This document shows positions 1 through 9,343 of a stretch of 56,817 bases of DNA, piece after piece (position 1 is the first letter of the stretch; every line of letters begins with the position of its first letter). The DNA comes from Patescibacteria group bacterium (lineage in GTDB: Bacteria; Patescibacteriota; Patescibacteriia; UBA1558; GWA2-36-10). A model generated the notes under the pieces. That model saw nothing but the letters and a program-made list of their open reading frames with translations, was not told the DNA's origin and searched no databases. The DNA is taken from positions 135,030 through 191,846 of the forward strand of contig JBAZKN010000002.1 in assembly GCA_041650755.1 (NCBI GenBank), written 5' to 3'. A program made the position numbers and the translations under genes.

Positions 1-1810
1 TTTGCGAGGGATCAGTGGTAAATAAAAAGCAGAAGCTTTCTAAGTCATTGCGGCCAATGCGTCCTCTAAATTGATGCAATTGCGATAAACCAAATCTTTC
101 CGCACCCTCTATAATCATAATAGTGGCCCCCGGTATGTCCACACCCACTTCGATCACCGAAGTAGCTATCAGTATGGGGAATTTATTAGCTCTGAAATCT
201 GCCATGATATCTTGCTTGGCATCTGATTTCAGCTGACCATGCAGATAGCCGACTTTTAAATCAGAAAAAATCTCATTTTGCAGTTTGTTATACTCTTGGC
301 TGACAGATTTGACGCCTAAGCTATCACTTTCATCTATCAGCGGGCAAATGACAAACACCTGTTGCCCCAGAGCTATTCTTTCTCGGATAAATTTATAGGC
401 ATCAGCCCGCTTTTTTTCAGGGATGATAAAAGTTTTGATAGCCTGTCGCCCCAGCGGCTTATTTTTTATTAGTGAAATATCAAGATCACCGTATAAAGTT
501 AGAGACAGGGTGCGAGGAATGGGCGTGGCTGTCATGGATAATAAGTGGGGAGACAAGTCGCTGGTATTTTTCTGTCTAATGGCCTGTCTTTGTCGTACAC
601 CAAAACGATGTTGCTCATCAATGATGGCCAGGCTAAGATTCTTAAAATCTACTTTTTCTTGGATTAAGCTATGGGTGCCGATAATAAGTTTGAGCTGTCC
701 ATTTCTGATCTTTTTTAAAAGTTCAGTAGTGGATGAATTTTTATCTGCCCCCAAGATTTGTTGATCCTTGGTCAGTAGGCAGACCTGATTTAGATATTGA
801 TTTGGTATTATTTTTTGCGCAGTTTTAAAATGTTGCTCGGCCAGTATTTCAGTGGGTGCCATGAAAGCGGCTTGTTGGTTTTGGCTCATGACATTGATAG
901 CAGCCAGCAGAGCGACAACAGTCTTGCCTGAGCCCACGTCGCCCTCAAGAAGGCGATTCATCGGTTGCTGTTTATTTAGGTCAGCCAAAATCTCTTTGAG
1001 GCTCAAATTTTGATCAGCTGTCAGCTCAAACGGCAATCGTTTGACTGTTTCGGCTATAATTTGATTATTTATTTTGTTGGCCGGCGCTGGCCTGTTTTGG
1101 TAATCTTTTTTGGCTAGCTGATACTTGCATTGCAAATAAAACAATTCCTGAAATTTTAGCCTTTTTATAGCTTGATTCAGTTTTTGTTTTTGGCTGGGGA
1201 AATGAATTTCCTGCAAGGCTAGATGCAGCCAGGGATATTTTTCTTTATTTAGGATATCTACTGGCAGAGGGTCATTTAGATCAACTGTGTTGTTGAGGGC
1301 GCGGTCAATCAAAAAGCGCAGTTGTTTTTGGGTGATGTGTCCGGTCAAATGATAGATTGGCACCAGCCGAGCACTATGCAGAGGATTGGGTTTGACTTTT
1401 TCGTAGGTGGGATTGATCAACTGCCAGGTTTTTTTGTTAAGCTGCGGCTTGCCGCTAAGATATACGGTATCGCCAGATTTTAGTATTTGGCTGACAAATT
1501 TTTGGTTAAACCACAGAGCAGTCAGCTGGCCGCTGGCGTCGCTTAATTGTGCTTCGGTGATAAATATTTTTCTTTGCCAAGAACGATAACTTCTGAGCTT
1601 GTCAATTTTTACCTGAATTGTACACAAAAGATCAGGTTCTAATTCAGAGATCAGCTTTATTTGGCTCAAATCATCATAGCGCCAAGGAAAATACCAGAGC
1701 AAGTCACTGATTGTGTTGAGGCCGATGTTTTTTAGATCACGGGATATTTTGGCAGCAATAGAGTGCAGCTCGATAATTGGTGAGTCAAGGCTGATGGTTT
1801 TTCTGGTCAT
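1..1810 (-). CDS. recG: ATP-dependent DNA helicase RecG (partial, runs off window start)
   Basis: Manual minus-strand translation from ATG at 1810 (MTRKTISLDSPII..., LLWYFPWRYDD) shows EGDVGSGKT, IDEQHRFG, MTATPIPR and HQFRG motifs; absent from the ORF track because it is truncated. Confidence 0.95.
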   Translation of the reverse strand, partial: MTRKTISLDSPIIELHSIAAKISRDLKNIGLNTISDLLWYFPWRYDDLSQIKLISELEPDLLCTIQVKIDKLRSYRSWQRKIFITEAQLSDASGQLTALWFNQKFVSQILKSGDTVYLSGKPQLNKKTWQLINPTYEKVKPNPLHSARLVPIYHLTGHITQKQLRFLIDRALNNTVDLNDPLPVDILNKEKYPWLHLALQEIHFPSQKQKLNQAIKRLKFQELFYLQCKYQLAKKDYQNRPAPANKINNQIIAETVKRLPFELTADQNLSLKEILADLNKQQPMNRLLEGDVGSGKTVVALLAAINVMSQNQQAAFMAPTEILAEQHFKTAQKIIPNQYLNQVCLLTKDQQILGADKNSSTTELLKKIRNGQLKLIIGTHSLIQEKVDFKNLSLAIIDEQHRFGVRQRQAIRQKNTSDLSPHLLSMTATPIPRTLSLTLYGDLDISLIKNKPLGRQAIKTFIIPEKKRADAYKFIRERIALGQQVFVICPLIDESDSLGVKSVSQEYNKLQNEIFSDLKVGYLHGQLKSDAKQDIMADFRANKFPILIATSVIEVGVDIPGATIMIIEGAERFGLSQLHQFRGRIGRNDLESFCFLFTTDPSQ

Positions 1811-1879
1811 ATTTTTTAATAAGCTGAAAAACCCTTTAGTCTTTCAGCTTATTATCTAGTGCCAAATAATATGATTTAG

Positions 1880-2485
1880 TTATAGTTTTAAACGATTGGA
1901 AATCGCTTCGTGGGCAGGCATTTCTTCCTTGCTTAAGTCTTCAGTCAAATAGTGTAAGAGAGCTTGGCGGATGATAACTGGGCTTTCGTTTTCTAAGGGG
2001 ATAATAATCATCGGCCGTAGAAGATTTTTGGGCCGCAGATAGAGATTTTTTATTTGTGGGGGATAATAAATGATGTAAAAGTTGTCCAAATCTTTATATT
2101 CAATCAATTTGTCGTTTAAGACCACGCCATCTTCAGTGATCATTATTTGTATATTATTGATGTCTTTGCGCTCAATGTAGAGATAGACAATGATAAATAG
2201 TACCAAGAGAATGACAAATAAAGGGTTGCGGTCAAAACTCAAAGTAAAGGCTTGTCCTGCCAGATGAAACATGGTGAAGTTGAGTCCATAAATCGAGAGA
2301 AATACCAAAGCAAGCAAAATAATACCAGTTGTCAAATACCATTTTGAGCCGCGTTCGTATTTTATATGTTCAGGGAACTCCCAGGCAGCATAAATTTCTC
2401 CATAGTCGGGCGCCTCGTCGCCATAGTCTTGGGCTTCAAAATTTTCTATTGGCGCTGTCTTTTCTTGGTTTTTTTGCTTAGCCAT
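1880..2485 (-). CDS. Hypothetical membrane protein (two TM segments plus small C-terminal domain)
   Basis: ORF track 201 aa; acidic N-terminus, two hydrophobic helices; function not recognised. Confidence 0.75.
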   Translation of the reverse strand: MAKQKNQEKTAPIENFEAQDYGDEAPDYGEIYAAWEFPEHIKYERGSKWYLTTGIILLALVFLSIYGLNFTMFHLAGQAFTLSFDRNPLFVILLVLFIIVYLYIERKDINNIQIMITEDGVVLNDKLIEYKDLDNFYIIYYPPQIKNLYLRPKNLLRPMIIIPLENESPVIIRQALLHYLTEDLSKEEMPAHEAISNRLKL

Positions 2486-2496
2486 AATTTTATCTT

Positions 2497-2639
2497 TAAT
2501 TTACCCTGTGAAATAATTTTCGCGCATTGCGCGGAAATTACCGCCAAACAATGCTCTTTTTGTGTTTGTTATTTATTTAGCTCTAATTTATATTGTTTAA
2601 ATTAAAGCTGGGGGTGGCGGTATTTCACTGGGTAAATTA
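2497..2639. repeat. Long inverted-repeat (MITE-like) element
   Basis: TAATTTACCCTGTGAAATA (2497-2515) matches the reverse complement of 2621-2639 at 18/19; TACCGCCA (2539-2546) also pairs with TGGCGGTA (2615-2622); internal hairpin CGCGCA-T-TGCGCG. Confidence 0.75.
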
Positions 2640-2644
2640 TAGCA
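2636..2644 (-). promoter_or_regulatory. Extended -10 promoter (TGCTATAAT) upstream of 1880-2485
   Basis: Reverse complement of ATTATAGCA at 2636-2644. Confidence 0.5.
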
Positions 2645-2708
2645 TATTTGGCTAAAAATAAAAAAGCGATCCAGAGCAATTAATAACCATGCCACTATTT
2701 TAATCCCA

Positions 2709-3836
2709 TTAAAGATTCTCGCATTTTTCTAATCTATTTAAAATCGTTGGATAGCTCATCCAAAGCCAGTACCTTGTTAGGTATCTGTCAGTGCGGATGT
2801 CTTTTTTGGGGAAGCCCATTTTCAAACTAAATTTATGATCTGGCTTCATTTCTACAAAAGCATAATAAAAATGTGTATAGTCTTTTTTCTTAAGCCAATT
2901 ATACCATTTTAGTTCCTCTTCCTTAGTGATTGGTTTGCAAGACAGCGGAGTTTTAAATTTGGGGTTTTCTAGATTATATTTATCGTAAATTTCAAAAGAT
3001 TTTTTGAGCGACACAGGATCTTTTGTTAAAGAATTAAAGATTACTTTTATTTTTTTATCTTGCCATTTTTCTTTAAGATATCTCATGGTCACCGGCATTT
3101 CTTTAGTCCCCACTCCACAATCATACCATTGCAGTCTTCCCTTTGGTTTTAGATAAGTAAAAGCCTCATCAATAAATCTTCTGGTGAATTCTGCGCCGTC
3201 CATTCCCGCGTAGCAATAAATTGGATATTTTTTTGGAGTTTCCGGGACAGCAACTGTTGGGCCGTTCCAAATAATCAGATCAAATTTGCGGCCCCTTACA
3301 GGATTAAACAAATCGCCAACCTTGAATTCTATTTTATTTTCAGCATCATTTAAGATAGCATTAAATTTTGCATAATTGATAGCTCGCGGGTTTATATCTG
3401 TAGCAATTACTTTTTTAGCCTTGTCTGCACAGAAAATGGCAATCATGCCCGAGCCAGTTGCCAAATCTAAAACCGTATCGTTTGTATTTACTTTAGCTCC
3501 CTTTGCGATAATTGGTGTTTCTTCTGGTAATATTCCCCACACACCATCCCTTTGGGTTGTATAAGTTTTCCCTATTTTTCTATGGGCAGAATAGTTAAAG
3601 TCAGTAACAATGAATTTGCCGGAGCATGGAAAAATTTGAAAATTGGCACGGAATCTATCTTTGATTTTTTTTAATATACCCAACCGTATCAGCGGACTAA
3701 AAGTAGATTCACTTAGCCTGATGTCTTTTTCATAAAAAAATAAATCTATGTATTTCTTTTTGTGATTTGTATATAGATCATGCAAAATGGGTTTACATGA
3801 TTTTATAAGAGTTTTATTGCTTAAATCTAATTTCAT
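2709..3836 (-). CDS. Class I SAM-dependent methyltransferase (HemK/MTS-like core with extra N- and C-terminal regions)
   Basis: VLDLATGSGMIA motif I, DINPRA, GDLF, DLIIWNGPT in the motif IV position; ATG at 3836 preferred over the GTG at 3890 in the ORF track. Confidence 0.85.
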   Translation of the reverse strand: MKLDLSNKTLIKSCKPILHDLYTNHKKKYIDLFFYEKDIRLSESTFSPLIRLGILKKIKDRFRANFQIFPCSGKFIVTDFNYSAHRKIGKTYTTQRDGVWGILPEETPIIAKGAKVNTNDTVLDLATGSGMIAIFCADKAKKVIATDINPRAINYAKFNAILNDAENKIEFKVGDLFNPVRGRKFDLIIWNGPTVAVPETPKKYPIYCYAGMDGAEFTRRFIDEAFTYLKPKGRLQWYDCGVGTKEMPVTMRYLKEKWQDKKIKVIFNSLTKDPVSLKKSFEIYDKYNLENPKFKTPLSCKPITKEEELKWYNWLKKKDYTHFYYAFVEMKPDHKFSLKMGFPKKDIRTDRYLTRYWLWMSYPTILNRLEKCENL

Positions 3837-3890
3837 TTTTTTATTGGCAGGCTTTATAATAAATGCCTTTTGGTCACGTTTTCGCCACAC

Positions 3891-3950
3891 GCAGCCCTGA
3901 ACTTAGTGAGCGACCCTGCACTATACGGTGCAGGGGAGCCAAATGGTTGA
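3891..3950 (-). repeat. Orphan copy of tRNA-trailer palindromic module
   Basis: GAGCGACCCTGC-N7-GGTGCAGGGGAG at 3908-3938 has both 12-nt arms identical to 11168-11198 (trailer of tRNA-Arg GCG). Confidence 0.85.
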
Positions 3951-4034
3951 TGGGCGTGTGTAATACTCTTCGGCTCACTCTATGTCAATTATTTCTCCAA
4001 TGGTTGAAGCTCCGAATACAATGAGGAGCTGAAG

Positions 4035-4096
4035 CCACCGATTCGGCCCGAGCTCACGGCCGAGGGCGAGCGAGGAGCCGAAGGCGACGAGTCGAG
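4035..4096 (-). repeat. Palindromic trailer of tRNA-Arg(CCG)
   Basis: 4035-4074 is 38/40 identical to 43962-44001 behind tmRNA. Confidence 0.9.
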
Positions 4097-4171
4097 TGGT
4101 GCCTCCGACAGGAATCGAACCCATATCCCAAGCTCCGGAAGCTTGTGTTCTATCCGTTGAACTACGGAGGC
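4097..4171 (-). tRNA. tRNA-Arg(CCG)
   Basis: GCCTCCG/CGGAGGC acceptor stem, CAAGC-TTCCGGA-GCTTG anticodon arm, TTCGATT T-loop, encoded CCA. Confidence 0.95.
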
Positions 4172-4312
4172 ATAAATAAATTGATAAGAACTCGTAAGAA
4201 TTGTAGGAGTTTTTGGCTATTTTGTCTAGTTTTTTTGGATTTTTACATATTTACGAAATGTCTGATTTAAGGTAATATTTAGGTAGTTAATATTGGGTAA
4301 AATATAGTATAT

Positions 4313-6172
4313 ATGACAAAAAATATGGATGAATTTAAGAAGTATAACGCAGAAATTACTGAATCAATCAAGCAGACAAAGAAAAAAATAGCTGGCGATA
4401 AAAAGAATCGCAAGTATGTTAAATATGATAGCTACCCTCTAGAAAAACTCCGCTTGGAGATAGAGGGCATTGTCAGCAAAAAATTGAACATAAAAGATCA
4501 ATTTTCTTTAGAGTTGGTTTTTCCCCCAGCCAATGTGGCTGCTGATCTTTGTTTTGGAGTCTTTGATCTATCCAAAATGATAGGAGAAAACCCAAATGAC
4601 TTAGCTAAGAAAATAAGCCAGGCTATAAATGCAGCTAAGAATGATTTGATTCTTGATACTTCGGTTATTGCCGGATTTGTGAATCTAACGCTTGATAAAA
4701 AGAAATTTTTTCAACAATCGCTGGAGTGTATAGAATCCTTGGGCGCCAAGTTTGGCGAAAATGATGTTTATGCCGGCCAGACTGTTTTGCTCGATTATTC
4801 TGCGCCAAATATTGCCAAACCAATTGGCGTCGGTCATTTGCGCTCAACCATTATTGGTCAGGCTCTGTCCAATTTATATGTGAATTCCGGCTATGTATCC
4901 ATCAAAGATAATCACATAGGTGATTGGGGCACCCAATTTGGCGCTTTGATCTATGCTTATAAAGCCTGGGGCGATGAAGCAAAAATAGAGAAAGATCCGA
5001 TTAATGAACTAAAAAATTTATACGTTAAATTTCATCAAGTTGCTCTGACTAAGCCTGAGATAGAGGAAGAGGCGAGAAATTATTTTTTCCGATTAGAAAA
5101 AAAGGATCCAGAGCTGCTGGCCACTTGGAAACACTTTAGGGATTTGAGCCTCAAAGATTTTGATCGTATTTACAAAATGCTGGGTGTGAGCTTTGACTTG
5201 ACTATCGGCGAGAGCTATTTTGTCGATCAGGCAGAGAAAGTGGTAGATGAGTGTCTGCGCCACAAACTATGCTATCAGGACAAGGAAACAGGGGCGGTTG
5301 TAGTGGGCGAGGCCGATGGTCTGCCATCTTTTCTGTTGAGAAAAAACGATGGTGCTAGCCTCTATATGTCCAGAGATATTGCCACTATACTTTTTAGAAT
5401 CAGCACTTTTCATCCAGATGTTATTTTGTATGTTGTGGGCACTGAACAGGATTTGAATTTCAAACAACTGTTTTCATTTTGTCAGCGCAGTGGCTATCTG
5501 CCCAAAAAAGTAAAAGCCGAGCACATTAGTTTTGGCTTGGTCTTGCTGGATGGTAAAAAGATGTCGACCAGGCGCGGGACAGTCATAGAGCTGGACGGTC
5601 TTATTAAACAGTCAGTTGCCAAGTCAAAAGAAATATTATTGAGCAAAAATAGCAAGTATGAGCCCAAAGAGCTTGATCAGATAGCCAAAACCATTGGCCT
5701 GGGCGCTATCATCTATAATGATTTGAGGCAGTCCAGGACTAAAAATATCTCTTTTGATTGGCAGAGAATGCTCGATTTGGAGGGCGGCAGCGCGGTTTAT
5801 CTTCAATATACTTATGTCCGAATCAATTCAATAATAAAGAAATTGGCAGATCTTGGTGCCATAGCTAAAACAGATAAAAAACAGATTGCTAATCTGGCTT
5901 TTGAAAAAGATATTGAGTTTGCTATTGCTAGAAAAATAGCGATTTTCCCCAGCTTATTATTGCGCGCCCAGCAGTCCAATGCTCCGCATTATGTTGCGGT
6001 GTATCTAGAGGAGTTGGCCCAACTATTCAATAGTTTTTATAATGAGGTCTCAATTGTCAATACCGAAGATGAAAATTTGAAAAAATCTAGAATTATACTT
6101 TCACAATCAGTCGCGCTAGTAATAAAAAAAGGACTATCATTACTTAATATAGACGTCCCAGAGAGGATGTAG
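4313..6172 (+). CDS. argS: Arginine--tRNA ligase
   Basis: DYSAPNIAKPIGVGHLRSTIIG (HIGH region), GDWGTQFG, KKMSTR, YLQYTYVRINSI anticodon-binding domain. Confidence 0.96.
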   Translation: MTKNMDEFKKYNAEITESIKQTKKKIAGDKKNRKYVKYDSYPLEKLRLEIEGIVSKKLNIKDQFSLELVFPPANVAADLCFGVFDLSKMIGENPNDLAKKISQAINAAKNDLILDTSVIAGFVNLTLDKKKFFQQSLECIESLGAKFGENDVYAGQTVLLDYSAPNIAKPIGVGHLRSTIIGQALSNLYVNSGYVSIKDNHIGDWGTQFGALIYAYKAWGDEAKIEKDPINELKNLYVKFHQVALTKPEIEEEARNYFFRLEKKDPELLATWKHFRDLSLKDFDRIYKMLGVSFDLTIGESYFVDQAEKVVDECLRHKLCYQDKETGAVVVGEADGLPSFLLRKNDGASLYMSRDIATILFRISTFHPDVILYVVGTEQDLNFKQLFSFCQRSGYLPKKVKAEHISFGLVLLDGKKMSTRRGTVIELDGLIKQSVAKSKEILLSKNSKYEPKELDQIAKTIGLGAIIYNDLRQSRTKNISFDWQRMLDLEGGSAVYLQYTYVRINSIIKKLADLGAIAKTDKKQIANLAFEKDIEFAIARKIAIFPSLLLRAQQSNAPHYVAVYLEELAQLFNSFYNEVSIVNTEDENLKKSRIILSQSVALVIKKGLSLLNIDVPERM

Positions 6173-6420
6173 CTGGTATCCGATAATATTGTGGCGGTAT
6201 TTATTGGGGAAAATTCGAACTTTGATTTTTAAAAATATTTGTATTACTTGCGGCAGAATTTATCATTTTGCTTTGCGGAATATTCCGCTAAGAGGGGGGG
6301 TTGTGTTTGTCTCATTCGGCTGTCTGCACAAAATAAAGACTCCCTTGCATAAACTAAAGAAAAGATATAACCTAATTAGGCTTTAGATAAAAGTTTTCTT
6401 AATATAAGATATTATACAAT

Positions 6421-7518
6421 ATGAAAAAATTAACAAAATGGGTTATTGGAGTAATTATGGCCATTACCATCATTACAGTTGGCTACTTTGTATCAAGAGG
6501 CCCGAGTGAAGTTTCTCAAAAAACAATCAAAATCGGTGTAATTGCGCCAATGACCGGTAACCTTTCTTTTATGGGTGAAGGTATAAGAGATGCTATTTTA
6601 ATAGCGGAAGAAAACCTTAGGAATACCAAAAATAAATATGAAGTAATATTTGAGGACGACCAACTTGACCCTAAGATGTCTGCAAGTGCAGCTAATAAGT
6701 TGTTAAGTGCCGATAATGTTGATGCACTTGTGACTTTTAGTTCCGTAACCGGAAATGTGGTTACACCTATTGCAGAACAAAACAAAGTTGTGCATTTTGG
6801 CATAGCATCGGATCCTAACGTGGCAAAAGGTGAATACAATTTTATTCACTGGACACCTCCATATGAAGAAAATAAAGTTTTTATTTCAGAATTACAGCGA
6901 AGAGGAATTAAAAAACTTGGAATATTCGAAGGGAATGCACAGGGAGCCGCCGCTGTAATAGCCGATTTAAAAAAACAACTAGAAGGCACCGACATTGAAA
7001 TAGTAACTAATCAGATGTTTAATTTTGGTGAAAAAGATTTCAGAACTACAATTGCCAAGGTAAAAGATAGTGGAGCTGAAATTTACTTGTTACTGGCTTT
7101 CTCGCCTGAATTAGAAATACTAGCTAAGCAGATGAAAGAGGCGGAAATAACTACACCGATCACATCTATAGAGTCTTTCGAACTTAGTGAACAGTTAGCT
7201 CTTTTTGAAGGAGAATGGTATATAAATTCTGCTGATCCAACATCAGATTTTACTAGTAAATTCAATGCTAAAGCCGGCAAATCGCCGACCTTGGGAGCGG
7301 CTAATGCATATGATATATTTAATTTGATAGTTGCTGCTAACGAAAAGGTTGAAGGGAAATTGAAGCCTACAAGTGACCAAGTAGTAGATGAATTAATGAA
7401 GATTACAAACTTCAGCGGTGCGCTTGGCGATCTAAATGTTAATGAAGATGGAATTGTTGTATCAAAGGCAGCCGTCCGTATGATAAAAAATGGAAAACCA
7501 GTTAGCATCGTCAAGTAG
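6421..7518 (+). CDS. Branched-chain amino acid-type ABC transporter substrate-binding protein (LivJ/LivK family), N-terminally anchored
   Basis: IKIGVIAPMTG, FEDDQLDP, GEKDFRTTIAK; followed by livHMGF-like genes. Confidence 0.9.
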   Translation: MKKLTKWVIGVIMAITIITVGYFVSRGPSEVSQKTIKIGVIAPMTGNLSFMGEGIRDAILIAEENLRNTKNKYEVIFEDDQLDPKMSASAANKLLSADNVDALVTFSSVTGNVVTPIAEQNKVVHFGIASDPNVAKGEYNFIHWTPPYEENKVFISELQRRGIKKLGIFEGNAQGAAAVIADLKKQLEGTDIEIVTNQMFNFGEKDFRTTIAKVKDSGAEIYLLLAFSPELEILAKQMKEAEITTPITSIESFELSEQLALFEGEWYINSADPTSDFTSKFNAKAGKSPTLGAANAYDIFNLIVAANEKVEGKLKPTSDQVVDELMKITNFSGALGDLNVNEDGIVVSKAAVRMIKNGKPVSIVK

Positions 7519-7608
7519 AAACTTGGTTGTATATGTTAAACAAAATTACCTCGTAAAACGAGGCAATTTTGTTGAAAAAAAACGATGAAATAGGTAAAAT
7601 AAATTAAA

Positions 7609-8475
7609 ATGGCCATACTTCCACAACTGATCTTAAATAGCATTATTGCTGGATCGATTTATACTTTAGTTGTGCTCGGTTTTAATCTTATTTATGGTGC
7701 AACAAAGTTTTTTAATTTGGCGCACGGCATAATGGTGACAATTGGAGGCTATGCGGTATTTTATTTTGCCAAAACATTAGGATTAAATATGTATGTCGCG
7801 ATTATTCTTGGCGTCATCTTAGCTGGATTGGTTGGTTTTAGTCTGGATAAATTCATTTATTTCCCGCTTCGCAAACGTAAAGCATCAAACATGGTTTTGC
7901 TTGTTGCTTCGCTCGGGGCCATGACTGCTTTACAAGCCGTTATCTCAATTTTATTCTCCAGTCAATTTAAAACTCTTTCACAAAATATTGACACGCAGAA
8001 AATTATTAAAATTTTTGGGGGTGTCATAACACAAATGCAGCTTATTATTTTATTATCTGCTGTTTTAGTTATGGTGGCACTTATTATTCTTTTTTATAAA
8101 ACCCAATTAGGTAAGGCTATACGGGCAATCAGCGACGATGAGGAGGTAGCACGGATTATCGGTATAAATACCAATAAAATAATCGGTTATGTCTTTTTAT
8201 TCGGTTCAGCAATTGCTGGACTTGCCGGAATTTTAGTCGGTTTTGATGTGGGGATTGATCCGAAAATTGGATCAAGCTTACTGTTTAAAGGTGTTATTGC
8301 TTCCATTGTCGGTGGGGTCGGTAATATCTATGGTGGAGTTTTAGGTGCTTTTATTTTGGGATTTGTGGAAAATTTTGGCGTTTGGAAAATATCCAGTGAA
8401 TGGAAAGATGCCATCGCCTTTGCGCTCTTAATTATATTTTTAATTTTCCGTCCACGTGGAATTATTAATAAGTAG
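7609..8475 (+). CDS. livH: Branched-chain amino acid ABC transporter permease
   Basis: GSIYTLVVLGFNLIYG, NLAHG, LGKAIRAISDD, GGVGNIYG. Confidence 0.9.
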   Translation: MAILPQLILNSIIAGSIYTLVVLGFNLIYGATKFFNLAHGIMVTIGGYAVFYFAKTLGLNMYVAIILGVILAGLVGFSLDKFIYFPLRKRKASNMVLLVASLGAMTALQAVISILFSSQFKTLSQNIDTQKIIKIFGGVITQMQLIILLSAVLVMVALIILFYKTQLGKAIRAISDDEEVARIIGINTNKIIGYVFLFGSAIAGLAGILVGFDVGIDPKIGSSLLFKGVIASIVGGVGNIYGGVLGAFILGFVENFGVWKISSEWKDAIAFALLIIFLIFRPRGIINK

Positions 8476-8476
8476 T

Positions 8477-9343
8477 ATGGAATATTTGATACATTTAACT
8501 ATTTTATTTGCAATATACGCTATCCTAGGTGTTAGTTTAAACTTGGTTGTTGGCTATACTGGTCTCTTATCCGTAACTCATGCCGCTTTTTATGGAGTTG
8601 GGGCATATAGTACCGCAATATTTCTGACAAAAAGTGATGTTGGATTTTTTAACTCTTTGGTTTTAGGAATTGCAATAGTACTAGCCTTGAGTTTTCTAAT
8701 CGGCGTAGTTTCGTCTAAATTTAAAGGCGATTATTATGCGCTTAGTACATTTGGATTTAATTCAATTATATTTTCTATTTTTTTGAACTGGCGAAACTTG
8801 ACTAATGGCTCTTTAGGTATTCCCGGAATTTCCAGGCCGGAATTGTTCGGTATAAACTTTGCGAATAATTTTAATTTTATGATTCTTGCTGTGATATTTT
8901 TGGTTTTGACGTATTTAACCTCGCGTTTTGTGGTTAATTCCTCTTTTGGCCTAGTATTGAAAGCAATCCGCGAAGATGAAAGTGCTATTGCCGTTTTCGG
9001 CTATAACGCTCTGTATTTCAAACTGGTGGTTTTTGTTATTTCCGCCGCAATGGCGGCGGTTGCCGGCTCTCTCTTTGCCTCCTACATTACTTTTATTGAT
9101 CCTTCTAGCTTCCAGTTTACTGAGTCGATGTTTATTCTCGTGATTATCATTTTGGGCGGTCTTGCCAACTTGCGTGGTTCGATACTGGGTGCATTGTTTT
9201 TAATACTACTTCCTGAAATTCTACGTTTTGTCGGTTTCTCGTCCGATATCGAAGCTCAAATGCGGCAAGTGATATATGGCATAATTTTAATTTTGCTTAT
9301 GCTCTATAGGCCACAAGGGTTAGTGGGTAGATATAAGTTATGA
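8477..9343 (+). CDS. livM: Branched-chain amino acid ABC transporter permease
   Basis: SLNLVVGYTGLLSVTHAAFYGVGAY, GDYYALST, LKAIREDE; ATG at 8477 chosen, one base after the livH stop. Confidence 0.9.
   Translation: MEYLIHLTILFAIYAILGVSLNLVVGYTGLLSVTHAAFYGVGAYSTAIFLTKSDVGFFNSLVLGIAIVLALSFLIGVVSSKFKGDYYALSTFGFNSIIFSIFLNWRNLTNGSLGIPGISRPELFGINFANNFNFMILAVIFLVLTYLTSRFVVNSSFGLVLKAIREDESAIAVFGYNALYFKLVVFVISAAMAAVAGSLFASYITFIDPSSFQFTESMFILVIIILGGLANLRGSILGALFLILLPEILRFVGFSSDIEAQMRQVIYGIILILLMLYRPQGLVGRYKL

Noticed and set aside
423-1589. Plus-strand ORFs 423-764 and 1407-1589
   Set aside because: Antisense to recG, which is missing from the ORF track only because it is truncated
4172-4312. T-box leader upstream of argS
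   Set aside because: The spacer is only ~140 nt, AT-rich, shared with a divergent tRNA, and has no T-box consensus
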